In this document: positions 1 through 8,034 of the stretch, piece by piece
Layout of the letters: the number at the start of each line of letters is the position of its first letter
Numbering within the stretch: the first letter of the stretch is position 1
IMG/VR virus record: IMGVR_UViG_3300028805_000097
Coordinates: 56,970-76,969 of that record
Origin: an uncultured virus (IMG/VR IMGVR_UViG_3300028805_000097)
Taxonomy: Duplodnaviria > Heunggongvirae > Uroviricota > Caudoviricetes
Strand: one strand, 5' to 3'
DNA length: 20,000 nucleotides
Made by a program: the position numbers and the translations under genes
The notes under the pieces: generated by a model
What the model saw: the letters and a program-made list of their open reading frames with translations, nothing else
What the model was told of the DNA's origin: nothing
The model's database searches: none

Positions 1-10
1 TTTGTCTCAT
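1..10 (-). CDS. 5' end of a gene running off the window (MRQ...)
   Basis: ATG at 10-8 after an A-rich leader and the promoter at 64-96. Confidence 0.5.
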
Positions 11-63
11 AATAATGTTGTATTAAAAGTTACTACCTTTGCGGAGTGCATCGGTTTTCGCTG

Positions 64-96
64 GCAAAGGTAATAATAATATTTCATACTACCAAA
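64..96 (-). promoter_or_regulatory. Bacteroidota sigma-A promoter
   Basis: TTTG-N20-TACCTTTGC. Confidence 0.8.
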
Positions 97-304
97 GATT
101 TTAACGTTTTTTATGAAAAAAGTGTGTTTGTAAAAAAATCGGAAAGCTACGGCTGGGATATACTATATAGGCAGATAGATTGTAAATAAAAAATCATGTG
201 CAGGTTAAAAGTGGCTTGTGCTGGCTTGTTTTAGTGCTGGGGGTATAGTTATAGGGTATGCTGGGTAAAACGTCCTTAGAAGGGCAGGAAATAGGCTTAA
301 ACGT

Positions 305-335
305 AAAAAGACCCACCTTATTAGGGTAGGTCTTT
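305..335 (-). terminator. intrinsic terminator after the helicase
   Basis: AAAGACCTACC-loop-GGTGGGTCTTT followed by T run. Confidence 0.8.
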
Positions 336-354
336 CGTGCTGGGATGCTGGGTG

Positions 355-1863
355 TTACTTGTTGTCGAATTTAAGTTTGAATAGGTCTTTTTGTTCAACG
401 TCAACAAAAACCAGTTCTTTCTTGGCTCTTGTATAGGCTACATATTGCAGGTTGCGCTCTTGTTGGTATTGCCAATCAAGCTGATTTTTCCATGTCAACG
501 GCAACTTGTTAGGCAGCAGGATAACGACACGATTACTTTCCAAACCCTTAGACTTGTGGGCGGTTGAAAGCGTAACGGCATTCACGATATTTTCGTCACT
601 GAAAATCTTATTAATATAGTCTTTAACACTTTCCAACTTGGAAACATTTTCACCGATGGCGAAGATACAATTAACTCTATCCATATAGGCTATATAGCGA
701 CCTGTTTCCTCCGCTTCTTCGGCAGTGCAATTTTCCTTCTTGCAGATGTCCTTAACCAGCTTTTGTTTCTCAATCTCTACGTAACTTTCGAAACCCTTCA
801 TAGTCTTAGCCTCCGACTTGTCGATAAGGTTAATCAAACCTTCTGCAATATCACGACCTTTAACGATAGCGGTTACACCAGCTTGTATCAGTTTGAAACA
901 CATAGAGACCAACGGAGCAGTGGTGCGGCAAAGCACCATATCATTAGGCTGGAATAGTCCTAAAGTGATTTCAGTCACACGATTAACGTCACCTTCGATA
1001 GCACCATTATGTGCTTGTATTGCAGGAACGATTTGCTGGGCAAGTTCAATCATAGCACGACCACAACGATAGTTAACGCTAAGTGGCAATTCTTTGGTAT
1101 TAGGCAGGGTTGCAATCTTATCGAAACTATTGCAGTCAGCACCAGCAAAGCCGTTAATAGCTTGGTTGCGGTCGCCAACGGCAACAAAACGTCCTCTTCT
1201 TGCAGCATATAGCATCAGTTCACGCTGGGCGCAGTTAAGGTCTTGGCATTCGTCAATAAACACGAACTTGTAGGAAGGGATATAACACTTATAGGTCAAG
1301 GGTAAAACCAGCATATCGGTAAAATCAATTTCGGGTGCTGGCACATTATCCAGCTGATAGCAATCTTTCAGCAGGGCATTAACGATGGTCATTTCGTTAC
1401 CCATAGTTACTATCTGATGTTCGTCGCATATAGCATTAATTGAACTCATGTCACCAGACTGAACCAAATTAACCCTGCAAAGGTTAAATAGCTTGTTAGT
1501 GTTATTCACGATGGCGACAAAGTTCTTGTCATTCCTATCAACCTTTTCACGTATAAAATTAATATATTTACGATTATTAATCTTAACCTTAGAGTTAACC
1601 TTGCGGAGCACTGCAAAGCCAAAAGAATGCAGGGTGGAAACGTCGGCATAGTTACCGATTTTCATTTCAAGTTCTTGTACGATAGCTTTATTAAAAGCCA
1701 AAAACTTTACGTCAAACTTGTTAAGACGTAACAACTTGCAGCATTCCACAATCGTAGTGGTCTTACCGCTACCAGCAACCGCATTAATAGCTAAATTGCC
1801 TTGTCCGTTTGCTACTTCATTGAAGATAGCCATCTGAAACTTTGAAAAATTCATTTTGCTCAT
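355..1863 (-). CDS. Superfamily 1 UvrD/Rep-like helicase
   Basis: AVAGSGKTT (Walker A), STLHS, DECQD (Walker B), VGDRNQAINGFAGAD, LSVNYRC, STAHKSKGLE, YVAYTRAK. Confidence 0.95.
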   Translation of the reverse strand: MSKMNFSKFQMAIFNEVANGQGNLAINAVAGSGKTTTIVECCKLLRLNKFDVKFLAFNKAIVQELEMKIGNYADVSTLHSFGFAVLRKVNSKVKINNRKYINFIREKVDRNDKNFVAIVNNTNKLFNLCRVNLVQSGDMSSINAICDEHQIVTMGNEMTIVNALLKDCYQLDNVPAPEIDFTDMLVLPLTYKCYIPSYKFVFIDECQDLNCAQRELMLYAARRGRFVAVGDRNQAINGFAGADCNSFDKIATLPNTKELPLSVNYRCGRAMIELAQQIVPAIQAHNGAIEGDVNRVTEITLGLFQPNDMVLCRTTAPLVSMCFKLIQAGVTAIVKGRDIAEGLINLIDKSEAKTMKGFESYVEIEKQKLVKDICKKENCTAEEAEETGRYIAYMDRVNCIFAIGENVSKLESVKDYINKIFSDENIVNAVTLSTAHKSKGLESNRVVILLPNKLPLTWKNQLDWQYQQERNLQYVAYTRAKKELVFVDVEQKDLFKLKFDNK

Positions 1864-1896
1864 AATAAATTAAATTAATATTAAACGATTTCGGCT

Positions 1897-1929
1897 GCAA
1901 AGTTAGGCATTTTTTGGCAACCAGCCAAA
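1897..1929 (-). promoter_or_regulatory. Bacteroidota sigma-A promoter
   Basis: TTTG-N20-TAACTTTGC. Confidence 0.85.
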
Positions 1930-2333
1930 GAATTTATGAAAAATTAAGATTTGTTTCAAATCGTTTACATTTGGCTTGCTGGATGGATGCTGGCTGGGTT
2001 TTCCGATTTCTTTACAACTGCCAGCATATACTATATAGGGCATGAAAAGTTTTTACAAACCGCAGGCTGGCAGGATGCAGGCTGGGTGTGCTGGTGTACT
2101 ACCCAGCTGGTACACTGGTTCGCCTATATATAGATTAATATATATTATAGCGTGTGGGTGCGTAGCTGAGGTTATGCTGGCGACACATTATCCAGCACGT
2201 CACGATACCTTGTGCTGACTCTCGTGTGCTCGTGTTGCCAGCACACTTACCTGCCTTCGTGCTCGTGTTGTGTAGGGAGGCACGCCTGGGCTGCTCCTGG
2301 AGGGTGCACCACCCGCATACACATTACGTATTA

Positions 2334-2349
2334 TGTTTCACGTGAAACA
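2334..2349. promoter_or_regulatory. parS: parS centromere-like site
   Basis: Perfect palindrome TGTTTCACGTGAAACA matching the chromosomal ParB/Spo0J consensus. Confidence 0.85.
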
Positions 2350-2382
2350 CGTGAGACAATTGAGACACGTACACACATAAAG

Positions 2383-2416
2383 AAAAATCCTGCTTATCTT
2401 CTCAGACCAGCAGGAT
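2383..2416 (-). terminator. intrinsic terminator, GAGA tetraloop
   Basis: ATCCTGCT-G-GTCT-GAGA-AGAT-A-AGCAGGAT-TTTT. Confidence 0.8.
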
Positions 2417-2530
2417 AAAACCTAAAACCATGAAAAACATGAATAACTAAAAACCTTTTGAATATTATTATGAGCAAATCGAGTTGTATCTTCCTATATA
2501 TGTTGTAATGTACTTTTTTAAGTCCTTTAT

Positions 2531-2563
2531 AAAAACTTATCTATCTTCGCAGACTGATAAGTT
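2531..2563 (-). terminator. intrinsic terminator, GCGA tetraloop
   Basis: AACTTATC-A-GTCT-GCGA-AGAT-A-GATAAGTT-TTT. Confidence 0.75.
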
Positions 2564-2635
2564 ATTGATTAACTAATCCAAAACAAAATATAATGTGTTA
2601 TGCCTATGTACCTTTATGTACTTTTTTAAGTCGGT

Positions 2636-2668
2636 GCAAAGTTACACATTTTCCATGTAATAACCAAA
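2636..2668 (-). promoter_or_regulatory. Bacteroidota sigma-A promoter (no ORF downstream)
   Basis: TTTG-N20-TAACTTTGC; 37 nt identical to 10166-10202. Confidence 0.85.
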
Positions 2669-2746
2669 TCCCTTAACATTTATTATATATTATGCAGGGT
2701 ACACCTTATCGTATTTCTTCTCACATTTGGAGTTGTAGAAAGTAAC

Positions 2747-2974
2747 TTAACGTGCCATAAATCTCGGTGAACCACCACGATGAGTGTCGATGTAGTAAAC
2801 ATCTTCCTTTACATCAGTCTTTTCGTAGGTAACTTTCTCACCCATTAGTTTGGCTGCCCTCTTGCATTCTTTTACCGCTTCCCAATCGCAGCCAGTAGTC
2901 GTGCGATAATTCCAATCACCTCGCCACCAATCTACCGAATATATGTTGGTCTTCTTTACAATCTTTCTTGCCAT
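2747..2974 (-). CDS. hypothetical protein (75 aa)
   Basis: Last ORF of a tightly packed operon; ATG 4 nt after the upstream stop. Confidence 0.75.
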   Translation of the reverse strand: MARKIVKKTNIYSVDWWRGDWNYRTTTGCDWEAVKECKRAAKLMGEKVTYEKTDVKEDVYYIDTHRGGSPRFMAR

Positions 2975-2978
2975 AGTC

Positions 2979-3194
2979 TTAACTCTCTGCTATCATGTCT
3001 AATAACTCTTGTAAACTTAACTCTTCGTAAGCCTTGTTACCTCTGGAGATAAACAATGGCTTATGGGTTTCGTGGAATCTCTCCAGAGCCATAAGTAATG
3101 ACTTCTGGGAATCAGCATTAAACCACTGCGTTTCTCTATCCAGAATCTTACCGCTTTTTGTTTGCCCTAATCCTACTCTAATAACGTTTGCCAT
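2979..3194 (-). CDS. hypothetical protein (71 aa, MANVIR...)
   Basis: Start moved to the ATG at 3194, just after the upstream stop. Confidence 0.75.
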   Translation of the reverse strand: MANVIRVGLGQTKSGKILDRETQWFNADSQKSLLMALERFHETHKPLFISRGNKAYEELSLQELLDMIAES

Positions 3195-3198
3195 AATT

Positions 3199-3549
3199 TT
3201 AATTATTTTCAATAAAAAATACATCCGTGTAATTACCTCCCATAAACTTCGGGGTTAACTTCTGTCTGCCCTTAAAGTCCTCCATTGCTTCTGTCCTATC
3301 GTTGAAATAGGTAATGTTCTGATAACCTACCAAGCCATTGTTATAGCGGATGGATGCAGGGACACCAAATCTATTCTCATATTTTTCCCCACAATCCACT
3401 TTAACCTCTGTGTAGGCTACTGCATACTTGCAAGCATTAAAAGAGCCACTAAAGACCTTTTTCTTGTCCTCTCCGATAACGTAATAGTTGTTATCAACAC
3501 TGAAAGAAATTCGCTTGCCCTCTGTTGTAAATGATTGCCTTGCTCTCAT
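3199..3549 (-). CDS. hypothetical protein (116 aa)
   Basis: ORF with A-rich leader inside the operon. Confidence 0.8.
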   Translation of the reverse strand: MRARQSFTTEGKRISFSVDNNYYVIGEDKKKVFSGSFNACKYAVAYTEVKVDCGEKYENRFGVPASIRYNNGLVGYQNITYFNDRTEAMEDFKGRQKLTPKFMGGNYTDVFFIENN

Positions 3550-3563
3550 AACCTTATATGTTT

Positions 3564-3665
3564 TTAATCGTTCTTACCACAAGCAATCCAGCCAATCGGT
3601 TTACCATCGTAGGCGTAGCCTATTGCCTTGTGCTTGATTCCGTTAATATACTTATACTTCTTCAT
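3564..3665 (-). CDS. small hypothetical protein (33 aa, MKKYKYINGIKHKAIGYAYDGKPIGWIACGKND)
   Basis: Not in ORF track; ATGA overlap with the upstream stop and fills the gap. Confidence 0.65.
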   Translation of the reverse strand: MKKYKYINGIKHKAIGYAYDGKPIGWIACGKND

Positions 3666-3967
3666 GACCTTATATCAATATTGTTAAACAATTTAGATGA
3701 ATCCCACATATTTCTGTTCTCGTCCTCGCACCACTTGTCGTATTGGTCGCAGGATAATCTTTCTTCAAGTTCCACCTTGAACACGCATACCTTTTCGCAC
3801 ACGTATTGGTAGAGTAACCTATTCGCTTTCTTTCTTGCGCTCTCGAAGTATTGGTAGCACTTCGGATAACGTCTAAAGAACCATGCTAAGACGTTACCTT
3901 CTTGCAGGGTGCATCCAACACCATCAATGAACACCACTACGATGTATCTAACCTTGCTCTTATCCAT
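3662..3967 (-). CDS. hypothetical protein (101 aa)
   Basis: First ORF after promoter 3993-4025. Confidence 0.8.
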   Translation of the reverse strand: MDKSKVRYIVVVFIDGVGCTLQEGNVLAWFFRRYPKCYQYFESARKKANRLLYQYVCEKVCVFKVELEERLSCDQYDKWCEDENRNMWDSSKLFNNIDIRS

Positions 3968-3992
3968 AACTCATGTTTGTTAAATTGATAGT

Positions 3993-4025
3993 GCAAAGTT
4001 ACACATTATCCAGCATATATCCAAA
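3993..4025 (-). promoter_or_regulatory. Bacteroidota sigma-A promoter
   Basis: TTTG...TAACTTTGC. Confidence 0.85.
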
Positions 4026-4044
4026 TTATTTAATATTATTTAAT

Positions 4045-4080
4045 AAAAATGACTGACCCTATTCGCATAGAGCCAGCCAC
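4045..4080 (-). terminator. intrinsic terminator, GCGA tetraloop
   Basis: 14-bp stem GTGGCTGGCTCTAT/ATAGGGTCAGTCAT with GU pairs, then T run. Confidence 0.8.
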
Positions 4081-4099
4081 CAAATATGAAAAACGAAAA

Positions 4100-4789
4100 T
4101 CACATTCCTTCCCTAAACACCTTCTTGTATATGGTAATAAGTTCCTCTTCGGTCTTGCCTTCCAAGTCATTGACGTGCTCCTTAGCATAGTTTTCAATAG
4201 CTTCCTTGCCATTGCAGTATTGTTTGTATCTCGGTGTCGTAGTGGCATAAGAGAAAGGCAGGTTACTAAGCCTTAACTCCTTATAGAAATAGTCACACAC
4301 TGGGTTTACTACCTTGTAGTTCAGTAACTTTGCTATACGTTGTGCCTGCTCCCTATCTGCTTTCTCAATGTAGGTGTAATACACATACTCTGCAAGGATG
4401 CAGCGAATAACGTCTGCCACCTCGTCAGCATCATATCTAAAGCTACCCAACCTGCAAGAACCACGATACCCATTGCAGGAATTAAATTCAGTATAGCTGA
4501 CACTTGTAGATGTATCAGTTTTGTCACCCTGCACATAGAACATCAGCATTGGTCTATTACCATAGATATACAAGTGCTCGATGGTGCTATCCCAATTGTT
4601 TCCTGCCCTGCGGTCAGAATCAATCCAAAAATCACCATCATCATTCTTGCACTCACTAATGATGCGAAGGATAGTTGCAGGTGTGGTTTTACGAATCTCC
4701 TGCGGTGATGCAGTCTTGATGTAGTGTAAGATGTTCTCGGCAGGTGTGTTGCTGAAAACCATTTTGTTAATGTCGATAAACTTTTCCAT
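4100..4789 (-). CDS. hypothetical protein (229 aa, MEKFID...)
   Basis: Start moved downstream of promoter 4818-4850; followed by a terminator. Confidence 0.85.
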   Translation of the reverse strand: MEKFIDINKMVFSNTPAENILHYIKTASPQEIRKTTPATILRIISECKNDDGDFWIDSDRRAGNNWDSTIEHLYIYGNRPMLMFYVQGDKTDTSTSVSYTEFNSCNGYRGSCRLGSFRYDADEVADVIRCILAEYVYYTYIEKADREQAQRIAKLLNYKVVNPVCDYFYKELRLSNLPFSYATTTPRYKQYCNGKEAIENYAKEHVNDLEGKTEEELITIYKKVFREGM

Positions 4790-4817
4790 AATGTTGTTAT
4801 TTAATTGGTTTGATGCT

Positions 4818-4850
4818 GCAAAGTTACAAAAAAAGATTGGAATAACCACG
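4818..4850 (-). promoter_or_regulatory. Bacteroidota sigma-A promoter
   Basis: TAACTTTGC with degenerate -33. Confidence 0.8.
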
Positions 4851-4929
4851 TATTACTCCAATCTTTTATAGTTTATTAACAATCAGTGAGGTCTTATCTT
4901 GCTGATACTATGGCGTTGCAAGTTCTTAT
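4818..4929. repeat. direct repeat, copy 1 (112 bp)
   Basis: 105/112 identical to 6278-6389. Confidence 0.95.
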
Positions 4930-5032
4930 TAAAGTCAGCCTTTACCTCTCTCATGCTCCTGCGTGGCATCATGCTGGGGTAGGGTGCAATCCTTCTCCCT
5001 GTAAGCCTGTCGTAAAACCTGTTATCGTTCAT
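4883..5032 (-). CDS. small basic hypothetical protein (49 aa, MNDNRFYD...KNLQRHSISKIRPH)
   Basis: Not in ORF track; C-terminus shared with ORF 6343-6999. Confidence 0.6.
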   Translation of the reverse strand: MNDNRFYDRLTGRRIAPYPSMMPRRSMREVKADFNKNLQRHSISKIRPH

Positions 5033-5049
5033 ATATAGTGTATATATTA

Positions 5050-5550
5050 TTAGCGCACGACAATCACCTTCTCGATAATCTTAATGTCCTCATAGTAGTC
5101 ATCGCTGGGGTCGTTGATATACCAGCGGTCATCGTCCTCTTCAATCTCGAACTCTTCTTCCAACTCTTCTGGAGTGTAGTGGTCGTAGTGAGGGGAATCT
5201 TGCAGGATAGTGTTCTTTTCGTTCTGTAATACCTTTCTTGCAGCCTCCAGAGTAGCGCATGGTACAGCGTTGATAATAATCTCTCCGTCCACGTTACTCT
5301 CTTGTAAGACGATGTACGTTTTCTGAAGGCAATATGGATGACTTATAACATAGCTGCCCAGCAACAACCTTGCAACCTGTTCCCTGTCAGCTAATGGTAT
5401 AATCGTGTAGTAATCACGTAACCAATCCATCAAATCTCCGTAAATGGTCTGGCGTTCACTATCACTCTCCAGACTGCTCTTGTCAAGAAGTTTTTCAACC
5501 AAGTTTGGGTACTTGGTCATAATCTCTTGGTAAATCTCTGATACTCCCAT
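5050..5550 (-). CDS. hypothetical protein with acidic C-terminus (166 aa)
   Basis: ORF with A-rich leader. Confidence 0.85.
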   Translation of the reverse strand: MGVSEIYQEIMTKYPNLVEKLLDKSSLESDSERQTIYGDLMDWLRDYYTIIPLADREQVARLLLGSYVISHPYCLQKTYIVLQESNVDGEIIINAVPCATLEAARKVLQNEKNTILQDSPHYDHYTPEELEEEFEIEEDDDRWYINDPSDDYYEDIKIIEKVIVVR

Positions 5551-5603
5551 AATGATTGCGTATTAAATAACCTACTTGTACTGATTTAAGTACATTTATT
5601 TGT

Positions 5604-5852
5604 TTAGTTGTTAATAATGTTTACAATCTGATAGCCGTAACACCACTTATGATTATCAAGGCTGAAAGTGTATTCAACACCATGCCCGAAATCTCCAGCC
5701 CTATCATCGAAGTTTACTTCGTCGATGGGTTCACCATACTTTTCGCCACACTCGCATTCCTCAATGGCTACAACCACTGCTACATTGGTTTCTTTATCGT
5801 TGGGTAAGCGATATTCAACCTTCGTACCTTTTTTAATGACTTGTTTCTCCAT
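5604..5852 (-). CDS. hypothetical protein (82 aa, MEKQVIKKG...)
   Basis: Start moved downstream of promoter 5875-5907. Confidence 0.8.
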   Translation of the reverse strand: MEKQVIKKGTKVEYRLPNDKETNVAVVVAIEECECGEKYGEPIDEVNFDDRAGDFGHGVEYTFSLDNHKWCYGYQIVNIINN

Positions 5853-5874
5853 AACTAATAATTGTTTAGACGCT

Positions 5875-5907
5875 GCAAAGTTACACAAAAACCATGAAAT
5901 AGCCAAA
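5875..5907 (-). promoter_or_regulatory. Bacteroidota sigma-A promoter
   Basis: TTTG...TAACTTTGC. Confidence 0.85.
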
Positions 5908-5918
5908 TAATTAGTGTT

Positions 5919-5957
5919 AAAAAAAATTAAGGGTGCTGACCGAATTGTCAACACCCT
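5919..5957 (-). terminator. intrinsic terminator
   Basis: AGGGTGTTGAC/GTCAGCACCCT then TAATTTTTTTT. Confidence 0.75.
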
Positions 5958-5997
5958 GCATCAACTTATAAGATATGAGCAAAGAAAAGAAATCGTC

Positions 5998-6249
5998 TTA
6001 TATCATCCGTAGAGTAACCTTTTCAATATCACGATGTTTCAAACTAATCTCGAAACAGATGTTGCTATTAAGCCATTCCTCTGGGGTCTTGCAATCTGGC
6101 TCGTACATACTCCATAACTCGTAAGTGCCAATCACCTCGCCATCATAGAGCATTTCAATCTTCTTGCCATAACCTGTCATTGCGGTCATGTTGTGGTACT
6201 TCGTTGCATAGGTCTTAACCTGCTTGCGTAATTTTGCAATCTTTTCCAT
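5998..6249 (-). CDS. hypothetical protein (83 aa)
   Basis: Own promoter and terminator. Confidence 0.8.
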   Translation of the reverse strand: MEKIAKLRKQVKTYATKYHNMTAMTGYGKKIEMLYDGEVIGTYELWSMYEPDCKTPEEWLNSNICFEISLKHRDIEKVTLRMI

Positions 6250-6277
6250 ATAATTCGTTATTTAATTGTTTGATGGG

Positions 6278-6310
6278 GCAAAGTTACGGAAAAAGATTGG
6301 AATAACCACG
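6278..6310 (-). promoter_or_regulatory. Bacteroidota sigma-A promoter
   Basis: TAACTTTGC with degenerate -33. Confidence 0.8.
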
Positions 6311-6389
6311 TATTACTCCAATCTTTTATAGTTTATTAACAATTAATGTGGTCTTGTCTTGCTGATACTATGACGTTGCAAGTTCTTAT
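6278..6389. repeat. direct repeat, copy 2 (112 bp)
   Basis: 105/112 identical to 4818-4929. Confidence 0.95.
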
Positions 6390-6999
6390 CACTATCCGTA
6401 TCGTAGATAGCACGAAGACTCTCCAGTTCTTTTTCTTCGAACTTTTCCATTTCCAGTATGTAGTCACGCTCTTCCGAAGCACCTTGCCAGTCCAGTTCAG
6501 CCTCGAAGCGTAGTGCTGCGCTGCGTACAAGTTCTACAGCGGTGTCGTAGCCATAGACTCCCGACATATTGTATATCTGTTTGTATATATCGGCAGCAAG
6601 CAGGATAAAGGTTTCAGCCAGTTTGAAGGCGTTGTCTCCAGTTGATTTTACATACGCATTATTCTTTGGGTCGCAATCCAGTTTACCATATTTGAGACAA
6701 ACGTCATACTGGTTAATCCCGTCATCAATGCCAGTGTAGTCACAGATGGCATTCTGTTTCCTCGTGCATTCCTTGATACACTCCATCTTAGAGTAAGTCA
6801 TAAACAGACCGCTACCATCTGTAGCTATAGCCAGTCCATCGTAGAACTCCATTTCAATTTCACACTCTCCGTTTTCGTCGAACTCGTGGAGTTTGTTAAA
6901 TGGGTGCTCCAGTTTTCTCAATGCCTTGCGGTTAGCAGGCGTATCGTACACTATAATGGTGTCGATGTAGTTGGGGATAATTTCAAATGTTCTTTCCAT
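6343..6999 (-). CDS. hypothetical protein (218 aa) with a possibly chimeric C-terminus
   Basis: Own promoter; last 14 codons lie in a duplicated segment. Confidence 0.85.
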   Translation of the reverse strand: MERTFEIIPNYIDTIIVYDTPANRKALRKLEHPFNKLHEFDENGECEIEMEFYDGLAIATDGSGLFMTYSKMECIKECTRKQNAICDYTGIDDGINQYDVCLKYGKLDCDPKNNAYVKSTGDNAFKLAETFILLAADIYKQIYNMSGVYGYDTAVELVRSAALRFEAELDWQGASEERDYILEMEKFEEKELESLRAIYDTDSDKNLQRHSISKTRPH

Positions 7000-7024
7000 A
7001 ATACATATAATTTAAATTGACGCT

Positions 7025-7057
7025 GCAAAGTTACACAAAAAAGTTGGAATAACCATG
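7025..7057 (-). promoter_or_regulatory. Bacteroidota sigma-A promoter
   Basis: TAACTTTGC with degenerate -33. Confidence 0.8.
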
Positions 7058-7082
7058 AGTTACCCCAACTTTTTAACATTTT

Positions 7083-7364
7083 TTAATGAGCTGCATGTCG
7101 CTGTGCTCTGTCGTACCGCTTGTTGTAGTTGCGGAATGACTTCTTTAGCTCGTGCAGGGCTACCTGTGCCGCACGAACACGAGCACGTCCCAGAGACAGG
7201 GAGACTGATAGCTCAGCTACTACAGAATCCTTTGACTTGTCATCCCAGATGGGCGTAATCTGTTCTCTAAGTGACTTGTTCTTTTCCTCCTGTTCCTTAA
7301 GACTCTTTCGGATGGAGTTCTGGGCGTGAGCTATGCCACGCATTCTTGCTAATGTCTTGTTCAT
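7083..7364 (-). CDS. basic helical/coiled-coil hypothetical protein (93 aa)
   Basis: ORF with A-rich leader. Confidence 0.75.
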   Translation of the reverse strand: MNKTLARMRGIAHAQNSIRKSLKEQEEKNKSLREQITPIWDDKSKDSVVAELSVSLSLGRARVRAAQVALHELKKSFRNYNKRYDRAQRHAAH

Positions 7365-7396
7365 AATGTTATGCTTTTATAGTTTATATATAATAT

Positions 7397-7642
7397 TTAC
7401 TGCCAAGGAACAAGTTTAAACCAGACAAACAGGGCATCACTTCCGTCGCCTCCTGTAGCTCCGTCTGGAGAATAATGCTTGCAGTTGAATACCGTCGGGT
7501 CAACATCATCAACACCCCAGTTACAGCAACCTATGGGGTCATCCTCGAAAAACTCCTGTGCCTCTCCAAAGCCCATTGAAGCCAGTTTCTTCACGTCGTA
7601 TTTCTCTGGATTAACGGAGGCGTGTAATATACGTATCTTCAT
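7397..7642 (-). CDS. hypothetical protein (81 aa)
   Basis: ORF in operon. Confidence 0.75.
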   Translation of the reverse strand: MKIRILHASVNPEKYDVKKLASMGFGEAQEFFEDDPIGCCNWGVDDVDPTVFNCKHYSPDGATGGDGSDALFVWFKLVPWQ

Positions 7643-7683
7643 ACCTGTGTTCTTTTTATAGCTCTCTTGTACTTATTCAAGTC

Positions 7684-7956
7684 CTAACCAATCAAGGGCA
7701 TTACAGGCACGTCTTCAATGCCAAACTGGTATCTACCCATCTGACACTCCAGCTCGGCAACCTCATTGTGAGCCAGCTCCCATGCAACAGAGCCACACAC
7801 ACCCTTTCTGCCAAAGCCGCATACCTCTAACTCGTCTCTAATCTTTTCAACCACCTTGCTGTCTCGCAAATCCTGTGAGCTATCCACCACCAGAAATGCT
7901 GACTTGTGGCTATCATCCATGTCCACATAATAAAGGACTCTTGCTGTCTTACTCAT
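7684..7956 (-). CDS. hypothetical protein (90 aa)
   Basis: First ORF after promoter 7987-8019. Confidence 0.8.
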   Translation of the reverse strand: MSKTARVLYYVDMDDSHKSAFLVVDSSQDLRDSKVVEKIRDELEVCGFGRKGVCGSVAWELAHNEVAELECQMGRYQFGIEDVPVMPLIG

Positions 7957-7986
7957 ATCTAAATGTTTTATTAATTGTTTGATGGG

Positions 7987-8019
7987 GCAAAGTTACGGAA
8001 AATATCTGAATTAACCAAA
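7987..8019 (-). promoter_or_regulatory. Bacteroidota sigma-A promoter
   Basis: TTTG...TAACTTTGC. Confidence 0.85.
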
Positions 8020-8034
8020 CCTTGCCCCAATCTT

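Larger units (their letters stand above)
2383..2633 (-). ncRNA. two tandem candidate sRNAs (about 2633-2531 and 2524-2383)
   Basis: Promoter with no ORF; both units start GACTTAAAAAAGTACAT and end in related GNRA-capped terminators. Confidence 0.6.

Noticed and set aside
34..72. 9-bp inverted repeat TACCTTTGC/GCAAAGGTA, a possible convergent promoter
   Set aside because: Short, at the window edge, and no + strand gene follows
2690..2746. Coding-like in-frame tail VTFYNSKCEKKYDKVYPA after the TAA at 2747
   Set aside because: Only 18 codons with no start; could be a relic but cannot be told from chance
7639..7686. TAG-to-Gln recoding (code 15, as in Lak and some crAss-like phages): read-through of the TAG at 7684 would end in an ATGA overlap with the next gene
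   Set aside because: Long ORFs have no internal TAG, and TAG behaves as a real stop at 14961 (next ATG 4 nt later) and 17910; recoding elsewhere in the genome is not excluded
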